Part shown: positions 41,363 through 54,516 of the stretch, in pieces
Position numbering within the stretch: the first letter of the stretch is position 1
Layout of the letters: each line of letters begins with the position of its first letter
Source: Desulfuromonadales bacterium
GTDB lineage: Bacteria; Desulfobacterota; Desulfuromonadia; Desulfuromonadales; JAHYIW01
Length of the DNA: 64,000 nucleotides
Direction of reading: 5' to 3'
Assembly (NCBI GenBank): GCA_029210745.1
Contig: JARGFI010000004.1
Location: 8,852-72,851 of the forward strand
Position numbers and translations under genes: made by a program
The notes under the pieces: model-generated
Databases searched by the model: none
What the model saw: the letters and a program-made list of their open reading frames with translations, nothing else
Told to the model about the DNA's origin: nothing

Positions 41363-41390
41363 GTATATGTATACAGTATACGTCGTATAC
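41363..41390. repeat. Array of four GTATA(T/C) hexamers, three of them perfect GTATAC palindromes, in the atp operon leader
   Basis: The sequence is GTATAT-GTATAC-a-GTATAC-gtc-GTATAC. It lies about 45 nt downstream of a TTGACA-N17-TAGATA promoter-like element (41316-41344) and 36 nt upstream of the atpF' GTG. Confidence 0.6.
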
Positions 41391-41425
41391 GGTTTGTTCG
41401 ATGAGTCTTACGAAGAGGTAGTGTA

Positions 41426-41854
41426 GTGATTAGTATTGACTGGACCATCATTCTGCAGTTCGTTAATTTTCTGGTGCTGATGGCAGTGCTCAACGCACTC
41501 CTTTATCGCCCGTTGCGCAAGGTTCTTGCGCAGCGTAAAGAGAAAATCGACGCTTCTCACCAGCGTGCCAAGGACCTTGAAGCACAAATCGAGGAAAAAA
41601 TGACGCGCTACCAGGAGCAGTTGCAAGCGGCCAAGATAAAGGGATCGCAGGAGCGGGCCGCAATGCGCAGTGCCGCGACTGCCGAAGAAGCAAAGCTGAT
41701 CGGCGCAGCACGCGAGGAGGCCGCACAGCGACTGCTGTTGCTCAAAGGCAAGGTTGCCGAAGAAGCTGCGGTTGCCGAAAAAACGCTGCGGGCAGAGACC
41801 GAAGGTATTGCCGGTTCCATCGCTGCAAAAGTTTTGGGGAGGGCACTGGCATGA
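41426..41854 (+). CDS. F0F1 ATP synthase subunit b' (second b-type stator subunit)
   Basis: It has a GTG start and an N-terminal TM helix (ILQFVNFLVLMAVLNALLY), followed by a long charged helix. It directly precedes atpF. Confidence 0.75.
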   Translation: MISIDWTIILQFVNFLVLMAVLNALLYRPLRKVLAQRKEKIDASHQRAKDLEAQIEEKMTRYQEQLQAAKIKGSQERAAMRSAATAEEAKLIGAAREEAAQRLLLLKGKVAEEAAVAEKTLRAETEGIAGSIAAKVLGRALA

Positions 41855-42434
41855 GGAGCACGCGTACAATGACAGTTTTCCTTGCCACGCTGGTGATGAG
41901 CTTTCTTTGCGTCGGCGCGGCACTGGCCGCTGGCGACGCGAACCACGCAGACGCGGGTGTTTTGTGGAAAGACTTTCTCTATCGTTGCTTCAATTTCGCC
42001 CTGACGCTGGGGATACTGGCGTATTTCGTGACCAAGCCGATCCGCAACGGACTGGCTGGGCGTCGCGATGCGATTGCCACCAGTCTGGCTGAGGCGGAGC
42101 AGGCGCGCAACGATGCAGAAGCCAAGTTTGCGGAGTATGACGCCAAACTGACCAGTGCTGCGGCAGAGATCGACGAAATTTATGCGGCAATCAAGCGCGA
42201 GGCCGAACTTGAGCGTGAAAAGATTCTCGCCAGCGCTGAAGAATCGGCCCTGAAAATCAAAGCTGAAGCTGAAAAACTGGCTGAGAACGAGGTCGTCAAG
42301 GCCCGTATCGCGCTACGTCAGGAGGCGGTTCGCCTGGCTGTCGAAATCGCCGAAGACTTGCTGAAAAAGAACGTCAACGAGCAGGATCAGAAGCAGCTTA
42401 TCGATGAATATATGCAACAGGTAGGAGAACTACA

Positions 42435-42438
<4 letters not shown>
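41851..42438 (+). CDS. atpF: F0F1 ATP synthase subunit b
   Basis: It has a TM helix and a long A/E/K-rich coiled helix. A 4-nt overlap couples it to the previous gene. Confidence 0.8.
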
Positions 42439-44496
<2,058 letters not shown>

Positions 44497-44527
44497 TTCG
44501 AGAGGCGCACGCTGAAGGGTTAATGGA

Positions 44528-45394
44528 ATGGCCAATCTCAAAGATATAAAAAAGCGGATCAGCTCGGTCAAGAGTACGCAGCAGATCACCAAGGCGATGA
44601 AAATGGTTGCTGCGGCGAAACTGCGCCGGGCACAGGACGCGGTGGTTGCTGCGCGCCCGTACGCCGACAAGTTGCATGACATGTTGTCGAGCCTGGCGTT
44701 GCGTGAGGACGCCAATGCGCACCCTTTGCTGCAGAATCGCGGCACAGGACGCGCCCTGGTTGTGCTGATGACAGCGGATCGCGGTCTCTGCGGGGGCTTC
44801 AATGCCAATGTCAACAAAATGACCGAGCGTTTTGTGCGCGACAACGCCGAAGGGTATGAGTTGATTGATATTTTGATTATCGGGCGCAAGGGAAAAGAGT
44901 ACCTTAAGCGGCGCGATGGCATGAATATCATCAAGGTACATGAAAACATTGCCGGCAGCATCAATTATGCTACTGCGGCACTGATTGGGGCAGAGGTCGT
45001 CGAAAAATACGTCAGTGGCGACTACGACGCTGTATACCTGGTCTTCAATGCATTTCAAAGTGCCATCTCTCAGGAGGCAACGCTTGTCAAGTTGTTACCC
45101 GTTACCCCGAAAGAGGTCGAGGAGAGTGTGCATGTCGCCGAGTATCTGTATGAGCCAAGTCGCGGAGAAGTTCTCAAACAGTTACTCCCGAAACACATTG
45201 AAGTCCAGATTTTTCGCGCGTTGCTTGAATCGGTCGCATCAGAGCACGGGGCGCGGATGAGTTCAATGGATAGTGCCAGCAAGAATGCCTCGGAAATGAT
45301 CGGCAAGTTGACCTTGCAGTACAACCGGGCGCGTCAGGCGGCAATTACCAAGGAGCTGATGGAAATCATCTCCGGTGCTGAAGCGATTAAGTAA
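44528..45394 (+). CDS. atpG: F0F1 ATP synthase subunit gamma
   Basis: The N-terminus [36 protein letters not shown] and the C-terminus [14 protein letters not shown] are canonical. Confidence 0.95.
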   Translation: MANLKDIKKRISSVKSTQQITKAMKMVAAAKLRRAQDAVVAARPYADKLHDMLSSLALREDANAHPLLQNRGTGRALVVLMTADRGLCGGFNANVNKMTERFVRDNAEGYELIDILIIGRKGKEYLKRRDGMNIIKVHENIAGSINYATAALIGAEVVEKYVSGDYDAVYLVFNAFQSAISQEATLVKLLPVTPKEVEESVHVAEYLYEPSRGEVLKQLLPKHIEVQIFRALLESVASEHGARMSSMDSASKNASEMIGKLTLQYNRARQAAITKELMEIISGAEAIK

Positions 45395-45423
45395 CTATAA
45401 AAATAGATTTCGCCTGCGGGTGA

Positions 45424-46851
<1,428 letters not shown>

Positions 46852-46889
46852 TCACTCTGACTGCGCAAAGCATCCAAGGACATTAGCTG

Positions 46890-47300
46890 ATGGCTGAAAA
46901 ACTTAAACTGGAAATGGTCACCCCCCACAAACTGGTGCTGTCGGAAGAGGTGGATGAAATTACCGCTCCCGGTGCGATCGGAGAATTCGGCGTACTTCCC
47001 GGACACACGCCGATGTTGACAACCCTGAAGGTAGGCGAACTGACCTATCGGCAGGGGAATCAGGTGAAACACGTCGCGGTGAACTGGGGCTATGTTGAAG
47101 TTGAAGACGACAACGTAACCGTTTTGGTTGAAACGGCAGAGATGGCAGACAAAATCGATCTGGAACGGGCCAGGGCGGCCCTCAGTCGAGCTGAAAATGC
47201 GTTGAAAACACTTTCACCGGATGATAAACAATTCAAGATCATGGAAGCGGCTCTCACCCGGGCTTTAATGCGGATTCAGATCGCTACACGGCACAGTTAG
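46890..47300 (+). CDS. atpC: F0F1 ATP synthase subunit epsilon
   Basis: This 136-aa protein starts LKLEMVTPHKLVLSEEVDEITAPGAIGEFGVLPGHTP. Confidence 0.9.
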   Translation: MAEKLKLEMVTPHKLVLSEEVDEITAPGAIGEFGVLPGHTPMLTTLKVGELTYRQGNQVKHVAVNWGYVEVEDDNVTVLVETAEMADKIDLERARAALSRAENALKTLSPDDKQFKIMEAALTRALMRIQIATRHS

Positions 47301-47330
47301 TCGTTTTTTTCATGTCAAATATCAACAATA

Positions 47331-47360
47331 AGGGCGATCACCGTCAGGTGATCGCCCTTA
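47331..47360 (+). terminator. Hairpin downstream of atpC
   Basis: The stem is AAGGGCGATCACC-gtca-GGTGATCGCCCTT (13 bp). The trailing T-run is weak. Confidence 0.5.
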
Positions 47361-47462
47361 TGCGTATTACCTCAGGCGCGGCGGAGGGGTACAGCTGCGC
47401 CGGTCTTCCTGAAAATGTCTTGACCAAAGCCCCTCCTGCAAGATGCCCCTGCAAAGGGGGGG

Positions 47463-48200
47463 TCAGAATGATTTAAGGGAAACTTTTTCTTCTTCAAGGA
47501 TCCGCATCTTCTCTTCTACAAACTCAAGATGATCCATCATCCGGTCACGGGCCACCTCAGGGTTGCGCAATGAGATTGCTTCGTAAATCATGCGATGCTG
47601 TTCCAGTAACGGCTGCAAGTAGCCTGCACGTTTGTAAAATTCTGAAAGTGCGAGATGAATAGTTGCACTGAAAAGTCCGTGAATTGAATTAAGAACGTGC
47701 TGTTGTAATGTATTATGGGTTGCTGCAGTGATTATGATATGAAACTTTGTGTCGATATTCGGATCCCACCCGCCAGAGAGGGTTTGGCGTTCCATCTCGC
47801 GATAGAGGTGACCCAGTTCTTCAATCTCTTCCGCACTGGCGCGTGTCGCCGCCAGAAATGCAGACCAGCTCTCTATCCCCTTGCGAACTTCAACCAGCGC
47901 CTGGAGTAATTGCGGGTTGTTCTCAACCATGTTGGTGAGTGGATCGGACAGGGTGGTTTCGGTCAGGGAGCGGACATAGGTCCCCCCTCCTTGACGCGAC
48001 TCCAGAAGTCCCATGGCTTCAAGGACCATGAGCGCCTCGCGCACGGATGGGCGACTGACCCCCATCATTGCAGCAAGATCGCGTTCCGAGGGAATCCGCG
48101 ATCCGGGAGTGAGCTGGCCGACCGCAATAAGGTTCTTGATTTGTTGAACGATTTCCTCGGAGATTTTTTTGGGACGGATAGGTTTAAAAGCGATGGTCAT
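47463..48200 (-). CDS. GntR-family transcriptional regulator, FadR subfamily (wHTH + FCD domain)
   Basis: I prefer the ATG at 48200 (AGGAG RBS; MTIAFKPIRPKKISEEIVQQIKNLI). The HTH region is SERDLAAMMGVSRPSVREAL. Confidence 0.8.
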   Translation of the reverse strand: MTIAFKPIRPKKISEEIVQQIKNLIAVGQLTPGSRIPSERDLAAMMGVSRPSVREALMVLEAMGLLESRQGGGTYVRSLTETTLSDPLTNMVENNPQLLQALVEVRKGIESWSAFLAATRASAEEIEELGHLYREMERQTLSGGWDPNIDTKFHIIITAATHNTLQQHVLNSIHGLFSATIHLALSEFYKRAGYLQPLLEQHRMIYEAISLRNPEVARDRMMDHLEFVEEKMRILEEEKVSLKSF

Positions 48201-48222
48201 GCCATTACTCCTTAAGGTCGAT

Positions 48223-48233
48223 TGGTATGACCG
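48223..48233. promoter_or_regulatory. Candidate FadR-type operator TGGTATGACCG in the regulator's own upstream region
   Basis: The sequence has a GGT-N3-ACC core palindrome, which resembles the GntR/FadR consensus t.GT.n.AC.a. It lies 23 nt upstream of the ATG. Confidence 0.3.
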
Positions 48234-48324
48234 ATTTAACATGAGGTGTTGTAATAATCAACAGCAAAATCACTATGTCGCTTAAGCACGTTTTCTCGAC
48301 CGCGGGTACAAAACAGACGGCCCC

Positions 48325-49323
48325 CTAATCGGTCACGCCCAGCAGCTGAGAGTAGTCGCCCAGATTCACCGTGTGTGAGCCACCGACGACGCAGGCGTGC
48401 GCACCGATCAACGAGTGCTGCAGCTGACTTTGTTTGACTGAGGTATCAGCGTGAATAATTGAATCACGGATCACCGTATTTTCAATCGTACAGTTCTCTG
48501 CCACGGTGACAAAAGGGCCGATGACTGAGTGACGGATAACCGTACCGGGACCAATATAAACCGGGGGGATGATAACGGAGTCAATAATTTCACCGTGAAT
48601 CTGCTGCGTTTCAAGCAGGAGCTGGCGATTGGTTTCAAGTAACGTTTCCGGTTTACCGCAATCGAGCCAGGAATCGATCTCAGGGGCTCGAAATTTAAAC
48701 CCGGCAGCGACCATATCCATAAAAACAGCAGGTAAATAATATTCGCCCTTAACCGTTTCCCCTGCGTTTACCGCCGCCTCCAGATAGCGCATCAGCGCCG
48801 CCGCATCCTTCAGGTAGTAAAGTCCGACCTGGGCAAGGCGGGAAATCGGTGTGTCAGGTTTTTCCACCATATCGACAATGAAGTCTCCGTCAAGCACATT
48901 CACGCCGAAGCGTTGGTAATCCTCAACCTCCCTGGAATAAATCAAACCATCACAGTCGGCCGCCAATGCAGAGATATTCTGTAAGTCGGTGATAAAGATA
49001 GTGTCGTTAAAAACCACCAGTACATCATCACCCTCCGCGATCGATGGAACTGCCTGTAACACGGCGTGAGCCGGGCCGAGTCGGTCATGCTGCAGATAAT
49101 AACTGCACTGGAGGTCAGGATAGCGATCCGTCATAAAACTACGGATTTGCTCGCCCAGATCATCGGTAATAAAGATATATTCCGTAGCGGCCAGCGGCGC
49201 AAGGCGATCAATAATGTGCTCAAGAACGGTTGCACCCGCGACCTGAACCAGTGACTTGGCGCGGGTCAGAGTCTGGGGGCGTAAGCGGGTTCCTTTCCCC
49301 GCGACGGGCAGAATGATTTTCAT
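48325..49323 (-). CDS. Sugar-phosphate nucleotidyltransferase with a C-terminal left-handed beta-helix
   Basis: The N-terminus is MKIILPVAGKGTRLRP (NTP_transferase signature). The C-terminal part shows an I/V-rich hexapeptide-like periodicity. Confidence 0.75.
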   Translation of the reverse strand: MKIILPVAGKGTRLRPQTLTRAKSLVQVAGATVLEHIIDRLAPLAATEYIFITDDLGEQIRSFMTDRYPDLQCSYYLQHDRLGPAHAVLQAVPSIAEGDDVLVVFNDTIFITDLQNISALAADCDGLIYSREVEDYQRFGVNVLDGDFIVDMVEKPDTPISRLAQVGLYYLKDAAALMRYLEAAVNAGETVKGEYYLPAVFMDMVAAGFKFRAPEIDSWLDCGKPETLLETNRQLLLETQQIHGEIIDSVIIPPVYIGPGTVIRHSVIGPFVTVAENCTIENTVIRDSIIHADTSVKQSQLQHSLIGAHACVVGGSHTVNLGDYSQLLGVTD

Positions 49324-49352
49324 ATTTTCTCCACTGTTGCGGCCAAACGGCC

Positions 49353-49802
49353 TTATTTCAGATAAAAGATGACGCTACTTGTGGCCGAAGTCGCGCGAGT
49401 GAACTCGAAACGCGCCAGCGACAAGCCGTGTCGCTCCAGCAGACGACGCAGAATGTCGATGCGCGCTGTGGCCAGAGCCGCGGGGTCCGTTGTTTCAGTC
49501 GCTGCAGCGACCACTTCCAGACGCCAGAAGCTTTCCGGCTTTTGTTGTAAAAAATCGAACCATTGGGTGAGCTGTCTGAGCATCACGGGACGAGGTAACA
49601 CGGCCCCAGGATTGAACAAAGGCTCGGCAAATTGAACCCGCAGGGGGGCAGCAGTAACCACAACCGATTCAAGTTGAATATCCGCCGCGTGTAAAGTAGC
49701 CGGCGGTGGCGTAGCGGGGATGGAAAGCGGGGGCGGCTGCTCAATGTGCTGAGCGCAGGAAAAAATGCCCGATAATACCAGGATAAATAGCAAACGAAAC
49801 AT
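49353..49802 (-). CDS. Hypothetical lipoprotein
   Basis: It has a signal peptide with a lipobox-like SGIFSC, then a Pro-rich linker. The C-terminal part is vaguely OmpA_C-like but lacks the motifs I would need to call it. Confidence 0.45.
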   Translation of the reverse strand: MFRLLFILVLSGIFSCAQHIEQPPPLSIPATPPPATLHAADIQLESVVVTAAPLRVQFAEPLFNPGAVLPRPVMLRQLTQWFDFLQQKPESFWRLEVVAAATETTDPAALATARIDILRRLLERHGLSLARFEFTRATSATSSVIFYLK

Positions 49803-49856
49803 GGTTTCTCCTTGAAAGCGGGGAGATTATAACAAAAAAAAGAACGAAAAGGAGCA

Positions 49857-50450
49857 TTAAAGCGATTCTGTGGGGCGGTTTGTGGGCGCTTCAGAAAACG
49901 AAGGGTGACGACGAATGGTTTGCAGTAGAAAATCAGCCGCAAAACCATTAATCAGCCCGGCGACAAGAGCGAAGAAAAGAAAAAATGGGAAGAGCGACCA
50001 GAGACCGGGATGCTGGACCAGCAACAACCAGGCGAGGAGCATTTGGCCGAATACGTGGCCAACCGCACCAATAACGGAAACGCCGATCGGGCTGAAGTAG
50101 CGTTTGCCGAGATGACAGGCGAGGGACATCAGTGCCACAGCGGCCAGGCCCCCACCAAGGGAAAGAAAAAAGCCCGGTGAAAAAATTCGCCCGAGAAGCA
50201 ACGAAGCAAAACCGATACGGGTGAGGGTGACCGTGAACGCGGCTCTAAAATCAAACAGATAGAGGGCCAGCACAGAAAAAATATTGGCAAAACCGAAACG
50301 AAACCAGGGGGCAGGGGTTGGAAACAGATATTCGACCGTATGAATGGCGGTTGCCAGGGTTGCCAGCAAGGCAAGAAAAATATAGCGGCGGGTGCGCTCC
50401 AGACGCAGCGGGTCAACGGGTGATGAGGTCATAATCAAGATCACGGCCAC
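49857..50450 (-). CDS. Gx transporter family membrane protein (Hpre_diP_synt_I-like)
   Basis: It has five or six TM helices. The composition and its context next to NusG_II and ApbE are typical of this family as I recall it. Confidence 0.6.
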   Translation of the reverse strand: MAVILIMTSSPVDPLRLERTRRYIFLALLATLATAIHTVEYLFPTPAPWFRFGFANIFSVLALYLFDFRAAFTVTLTRIGFASLLLGRIFSPGFFLSLGGGLAAVALMSLACHLGKRYFSPIGVSVIGAVGHVFGQMLLAWLLLVQHPGLWSLFPFFLFFALVAGLINGFAADFLLQTIRRHPSFSEAPTNRPTESL

Positions 50451-50805
50451 TGCGACCGGTTATGCGCAGCAGCAACCGGTTCGGCACACAGGCCAGCAGG
50501 TCGCCCGACTTGCTGGCGCACCCCATGCCGATGCAGACCTGATTTGGACAGGGAGACGCAATGAAGCGAACCGCACCGTCCTCGATAACAATATTTGAGG
50601 GGCCAAGTGGACCATCAAGGTTAATAACGCGATCGGTGTCGAGCGCCAGCTTGTAGGTCACCTGGTTATTTTGCTCGACGATGAGATGCACACCGGCCGC
50701 ACGGAAGGAACGCAAGGACAGAAAAAAAACGCAAAACAGGATCAGTCCGCTGACTAACAGCCGGTCGCCAACGGTCATCCGTCGCCAGAGAGGCTTCAGT
50801 GCCAT
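50413..50805 (-). CDS. NusG domain II-containing protein (DUF1312)
   Basis: It has an N-terminal TM helix and the paired Cys motif CPNQVCIGMG...GDLLACVPNRL. The start may be the internal ATG at 50778. Confidence 0.6.
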   Translation of the reverse strand: MALKPLWRRMTVGDRLLVSGLILFCVFFLSLRSFRAAGVHLIVEQNNQVTYKLALDTDRVINLDGPLGPSNIVIEDGAVRFIASPCPNQVCIGMGCASKSGDLLACVPNRLLLRITGRSGRDLDYDLITR

Positions 50806-51815
50806 GACAGCAACGTGGACATCCCCGGCGTCAGATGGAATTCCCCCGCCGGGTCGATAATCAAGCCCTCGGTGGCAGGAAAGTCGGACAACAGGGCAAG
50901 CCCCGCCTCCGGACCGAGGACAAAAGCAGCGGTCGCCAGGGCATCCGCCAGTGCCGCACTGTCGGCAACAATGGTGACACTGCGGGAGCGGCGACCGGGG
51001 AAGCCGGATGCCGGGTCAAAAATATGGTGATAACGGACGCCATTGCGTTCAAAAAACCGTTCATAGTCTCCTGACGTGACCACCGCACGATCGGCGAGTT
51101 TGAGTGCCGCAACCGTTTTGTCTGGTTCAAGCGGATCCTGAATACCGATTAACCAGCGTTCCTTGGATGACTTTCCTCCGAGCAGGACAATATCGCCACC
51201 AGCATTCACCGAAGCGTGCTTAATGCCGCGCTGCCGCAGCAGCAGTGCCGCGCGATCAATGGCGTAGCCTTTGGCAATGGCACCCAAATCGACAGCAAGA
51301 TGCGAATTTTTTTTGGTGACAATTTGCCCGTTCAAGGTCAGGGCATCTGGCCCGACGCCGGTCAGTGCGACCGAGATTTCAGCCGGAGTCGGGATATGCG
51401 GTGCGCTTGAACCGATAGCCCAGAGCTGCTTGAGCCGCCCCAGGGTCATGTCAAACCCTCCGCGTGAGGCTTTTGCAACACGTAACCCCAGAGCGAGCAC
51501 CTCGGCCGTTTCAGGGGCAACGGCAAAAGGTTCAGTCGCTGCGGAAAGACGCGCCACATCACTCTCCGCAATGTGTGGCGACATCAAATGCTCAATGCGT
51601 GCAATTTCGCTGAAAGCCGCAGATACAGCTTCCTCAAGGATGTCCAGGTCGGGGCCAAAGGCGACAATTTCCACCACCGTGCCGAGCAAAAGTTGCTGTC
51701 GACGGAGCTGATGGCTGGTCGGTAGCAGAACAAAAAGTCCGACCATGATCGCAACGACCGCTAACAAGGCGAACCTGATGCGTGACGATCGCACGCTAGG
51801 CCTCGACGATTTCAC
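50796..51815 (-). CDS. apbE: FAD:protein FMN transferase ApbE
   Basis: Motifs [15 protein letters not shown] and HHIFDPASG are present, with an N-terminal membrane anchor. Confidence 0.85.
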   Translation of the reverse strand: MKSSRPSVRSSRIRFALLAVVAIMVGLFVLLPTSHQLRRQQLLLGTVVEIVAFGPDLDILEEAVSAAFSEIARIEHLMSPHIAESDVARLSAATEPFAVAPETAEVLALGLRVAKASRGGFDMTLGRLKQLWAIGSSAPHIPTPAEISVALTGVGPDALTLNGQIVTKKNSHLAVDLGAIAKGYAIDRAALLLRQRGIKHASVNAGGDIVLLGGKSSKERWLIGIQDPLEPDKTVAALKLADRAVVTSGDYERFFERNGVRYHHIFDPASGFPGRRSRSVTIVADSAALADALATAAFVLGPEAGLALLSDFPATEGLIIDPAGEFHLTPGMSTLLSWH

Positions 51816-53136
51816 CGACCAGATCGTATTCCGACGAGTCGGTGATCCGCAGGTTGACGATCTGGCCGACCTCTGCGTTACCGGCGGTCACATAGACTTT
51901 ACCGTCAATATCCGGCGCCTGGCGAATTGAACGTCCCTGCAACAGCAGGTCGGTTTCATCACTGAGCCCCTCGATCAGAACCGGCTCAACCCGGTTAATC
52001 AGCCCCCGGTTCTTGCGAAACGAAATACGACCCTGGGCTTTCATCAATTGGTGGTAACGGCGATTCTTGACGATGTCGGTGATCTGATCGGCAAACAGCG
52101 CGGCGGGCGTCCCCTCTTCACGCGAATAACGAAACACTCCCACCCGCTCCAGATGCCCCTCTTTAACAAAATCGAGCAACTGTCGAAAGTGGTCATCGGT
52201 TTCACCTGGAAAACCGACGATAAATGAGGTGCGCAAGGTGATGTCGGGAACCGCCTGCCTGATCCGCGCAATCAACTTGCGAATCGCCGCCTGATCGACC
52301 CGACGATTCATCTGCAAGAGGATCTCATCAGCAAAATGCTGGAGTGGAATATCGAGATAGGCGCAAATTTTATCTTCAGTCGCCATCAGTTCCAGCAGTT
52401 CGTCACTGATGTGATCGGGATAGGCATAAAGCAGCCGCAGCCAGGCGAGCTCTTCGATCTGAACCAGTTCGCGCAATAACTTTTCCAGTGCGCCGGTTTC
52501 ACCAAAGTCGCGGCGGAAAGCGGTGATATCCTGGGCAATCAGGTTGATTTCCTTGACCCCCGCCCTGGTCAGGGCACGCACCTCATCGACGATAGATGCA
52601 ATTTCCCGTGAGCGCAGCGCGCCACGAATCTCCGGGATGACGCAGTACGAACAGTGGTTGGAACACCCCTCAGCGATTTTCACGTACGTTGAATAAAATG
52701 GCGAAGAACGCAGTCGCGGCGTGGTGTGATCGTAGAGAAAATCACCTTTGCCGATGTCTGTCAACGGGGTTCTATCCACAAGACACTGTTCAATCAGCGT
52801 CGCCAGGCGCCCCGCATCACCGGTGCCGATAAACAGATCAACTTCGGGAAGTTCCTTACTCAATTCATCCCGGTAGCGTTGCGGCAGACAGCCGCTGACG
52901 ATGAGCAGCGAACAATGACCACTGATTTTGTGGTCGGCAACGCTGAGAATGGTATCGACCGATTCCTCGCGGGCATCGCTGATAAAAGAGCAGGTGTTGA
53001 CGATGATAATATCTGCCAGACTCTCATCGGTGGTGATGGTGTAACGGTCATCTGGAAGGTGGCCGAGCATGATTTCGGCATCGACCAGATTTTTAGGGCA
53101 GCCGAGGCTGACCAGAGCGACTTTGAGCTGTTTCAA
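51796..53136 (-). CDS. rimO: Ribosomal protein S12 methylthiotransferase RimO
   Basis: The track start at 53205 adds 23 unlikely residues. I prefer the TTG at 53136 ([19 protein letters not shown]). The radical-SAM motif CSNHCSYC and a C-terminal TRAM domain are present. Confidence 0.85.
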   Translation of the reverse strand: MKQLKVALVSLGCPKNLVDAEIMLGHLPDDRYTITTDESLADIIIVNTCSFISDAREESVDTILSVADHKISGHCSLLIVSGCLPQRYRDELSKELPEVDLFIGTGDAGRLATLIEQCLVDRTPLTDIGKGDFLYDHTTPRLRSSPFYSTYVKIAEGCSNHCSYCVIPEIRGALRSREIASIVDEVRALTRAGVKEINLIAQDITAFRRDFGETGALEKLLRELVQIEELAWLRLLYAYPDHISDELLELMATEDKICAYLDIPLQHFADEILLQMNRRVDQAAIRKLIARIRQAVPDITLRTSFIVGFPGETDDHFRQLLDFVKEGHLERVGVFRYSREEGTPAALFADQITDIVKNRRYHQLMKAQGRISFRKNRGLINRVEPVLIEGLSDETDLLLQGRSIRQAPDIDGKVYVTAGNAEVGQIVNLRITDSSEYDLVGEIVEA

Positions 53137-53149
53137 AATAATGCCCTTT

Positions 53150-53184
53150 ACGAAAAATGAACGCGGCAAGGTGACCTTGCCGCG
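53150..53184 (-). terminator. Rho-independent terminator after the LolA-like gene
   Basis: On the minus strand the hairpin is CGCGGCAAGG-tca-CCTTGCCGCG, followed by TTCATTTTT. Confidence 0.6.
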
Positions 53185-53217
53185 CGTAAGACGTGATCCA
53201 CGCAACTGAAGATAAGA

Positions 53218-53997
53218 TTAAAAACCCATCGATTCCCCGGTCGGACGGACCACATCGACGTTGGGTGGTATCATAAAATCGAACGATTGCAAAAACATTC
53301 CGCGATTGGTGCGAATATTACTGAATTCAATGATCGTTAAATTATTGTAAGTGTCGTAGACGCTGGTTGACAGAATCGGAAAAATGCTGTTATCAGGCGT
53401 GCCGCCGTGCCGCGCGAGAACCGCATTGCGATCAACGACGACGAGCATTTTGTGAAACATGGTGGTGGTTCGATTCGGTTCCAGTTGGAGAATATAGTTC
53501 CCCGCAACATCTTCGTTCGGGTCAGCCCAGCGAATAAAAAAATCGCGGGACAGATTGCTGAGTCCGGTCAGAAACGTCATCGGGTTGTTCTGCCTCGCCA
53601 GCGTCGTCTGTTCGATATTGGACAAGATCACCTGTCGGTTTTCCGGAAGATAAACCCACAGTTTTTCACCATTAGAGACAAATTCCTGGCGGGTTGGCCG
53701 GTCGTATTCCCAGCGAAAGAGCACCTTGGGGACGCGCCCGGTGCTCCCTTCATCAAACTTGATGAAGACCCGCCCTTCACCGCGTTGACTGCGATCAAGG
53801 GAGGAGATATGGGACTCCTGAAAAAAATCGGCCTGGAAATCAACGATTTTTTCTTCCGCTGGGGCGTCGGGAGTAAACGGCCGTTCGAGCGCGGCAATGA
53901 CCTCGCGCAGACCGATTGATTGCCCGCCCGGGGGAGCGGCGCAAGCCACCGCAGCCAGTAACAGGAATGAGGACAAAAGAAAAATGATGCGTTTCAT
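53218..53997 (-). CDS. LolA-like outer-membrane lipoprotein carrier/sorting family protein
   Basis: It has a signal peptide. The sequences VDFQADFFQESHISSLDRSQRGEGRVFIK and EKLWVYLPENRQV are typical of the LolA fold. Confidence 0.6.
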   Translation of the reverse strand: MKRIIFLLSSFLLLAAVACAAPPGGQSIGLREVIAALERPFTPDAPAEEKIVDFQADFFQESHISSLDRSQRGEGRVFIKFDEGSTGRVPKVLFRWEYDRPTRQEFVSNGEKLWVYLPENRQVILSNIEQTTLARQNNPMTFLTGLSNLSRDFFIRWADPNEDVAGNYILQLEPNRTTTMFHKMLVVVDRNAVLARHGGTPDNSIFPILSTSVYDTYNNLTIIEFSNIRTNRGMFLQSFDFMIPPNVDVVRPTGESMGF

Positions 53998-54021
53998 ATG
54001 AAACTCCTCGCTGAAATGATT

Positions 54022-54516
54022 TTATAACGCCAGGTCGTGGTGCTGCCCGCGCACCGATTTAATCATAACCATGCCGGACGCCAGGTCAAATTCGAGGGTC
54101 CGCCCATGGTTGCCGCCGACATCTTCGGCAATGATCGGGATGTTGCGTTCTTTTAGAACCTCCCGCGCCGCCCTGGTATTACGAACCCCGATCGGTTCTT
54201 TTTCGGACCCTGGTGATGGCTCGAACATGGTCGCGCCACCGACCAGCTTGGCGGTCAAGTTCTCGGTCGCGCATCCACGTCCATTTAACTCGGTTATCAT
54301 CATGGTGATGGCCTCATCGACAAACTTTTCCCGGCGTTGACCGTCGTTGCTGGCCAGTGCATGGGGGAGGAGGGTGTGGGCGAGACCACCAAGTCCGGAC
54401 GATTCATCGTAGAGGACAACCGCGAGACACGAGCCCAGTCCATAGGTCACCAGTACCGCAGGGGGGGGGGCGATCTGAAATTGGGCAATCCCGACGCGCA
54501 GACGATTCTCGCTCAT
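54022..54516 (-). CDS. cheD: Chemoreceptor glutamine deamidase CheD
   Basis: It contains LGSCLAVVLYD and GNHGRTLEFDLASG. Confidence 0.85.
   Translation of the reverse strand: MSENRLRVGIAQFQIAPPPAVLVTYGLGSCLAVVLYDESSGLGGLAHTLLPHALASNDGQRREKFVDEAITMMITELNGRGCATENLTAKLVGGATMFEPSPGSEKEPIGVRNTRAAREVLKERNIPIIAEDVGGNHGRTLEFDLASGMVMIKSVRGQHHDLAL

Noticed and set aside
47050-47070. A GGTGAAACAC half-site inside atpC resembling parS; similar partial matches occur at 38361-38372 and 32383-32392.
   Set aside because: Only one half of the 16-bp palindrome matches and the other half is unrelated. These are probably chance matches within coding sequence.
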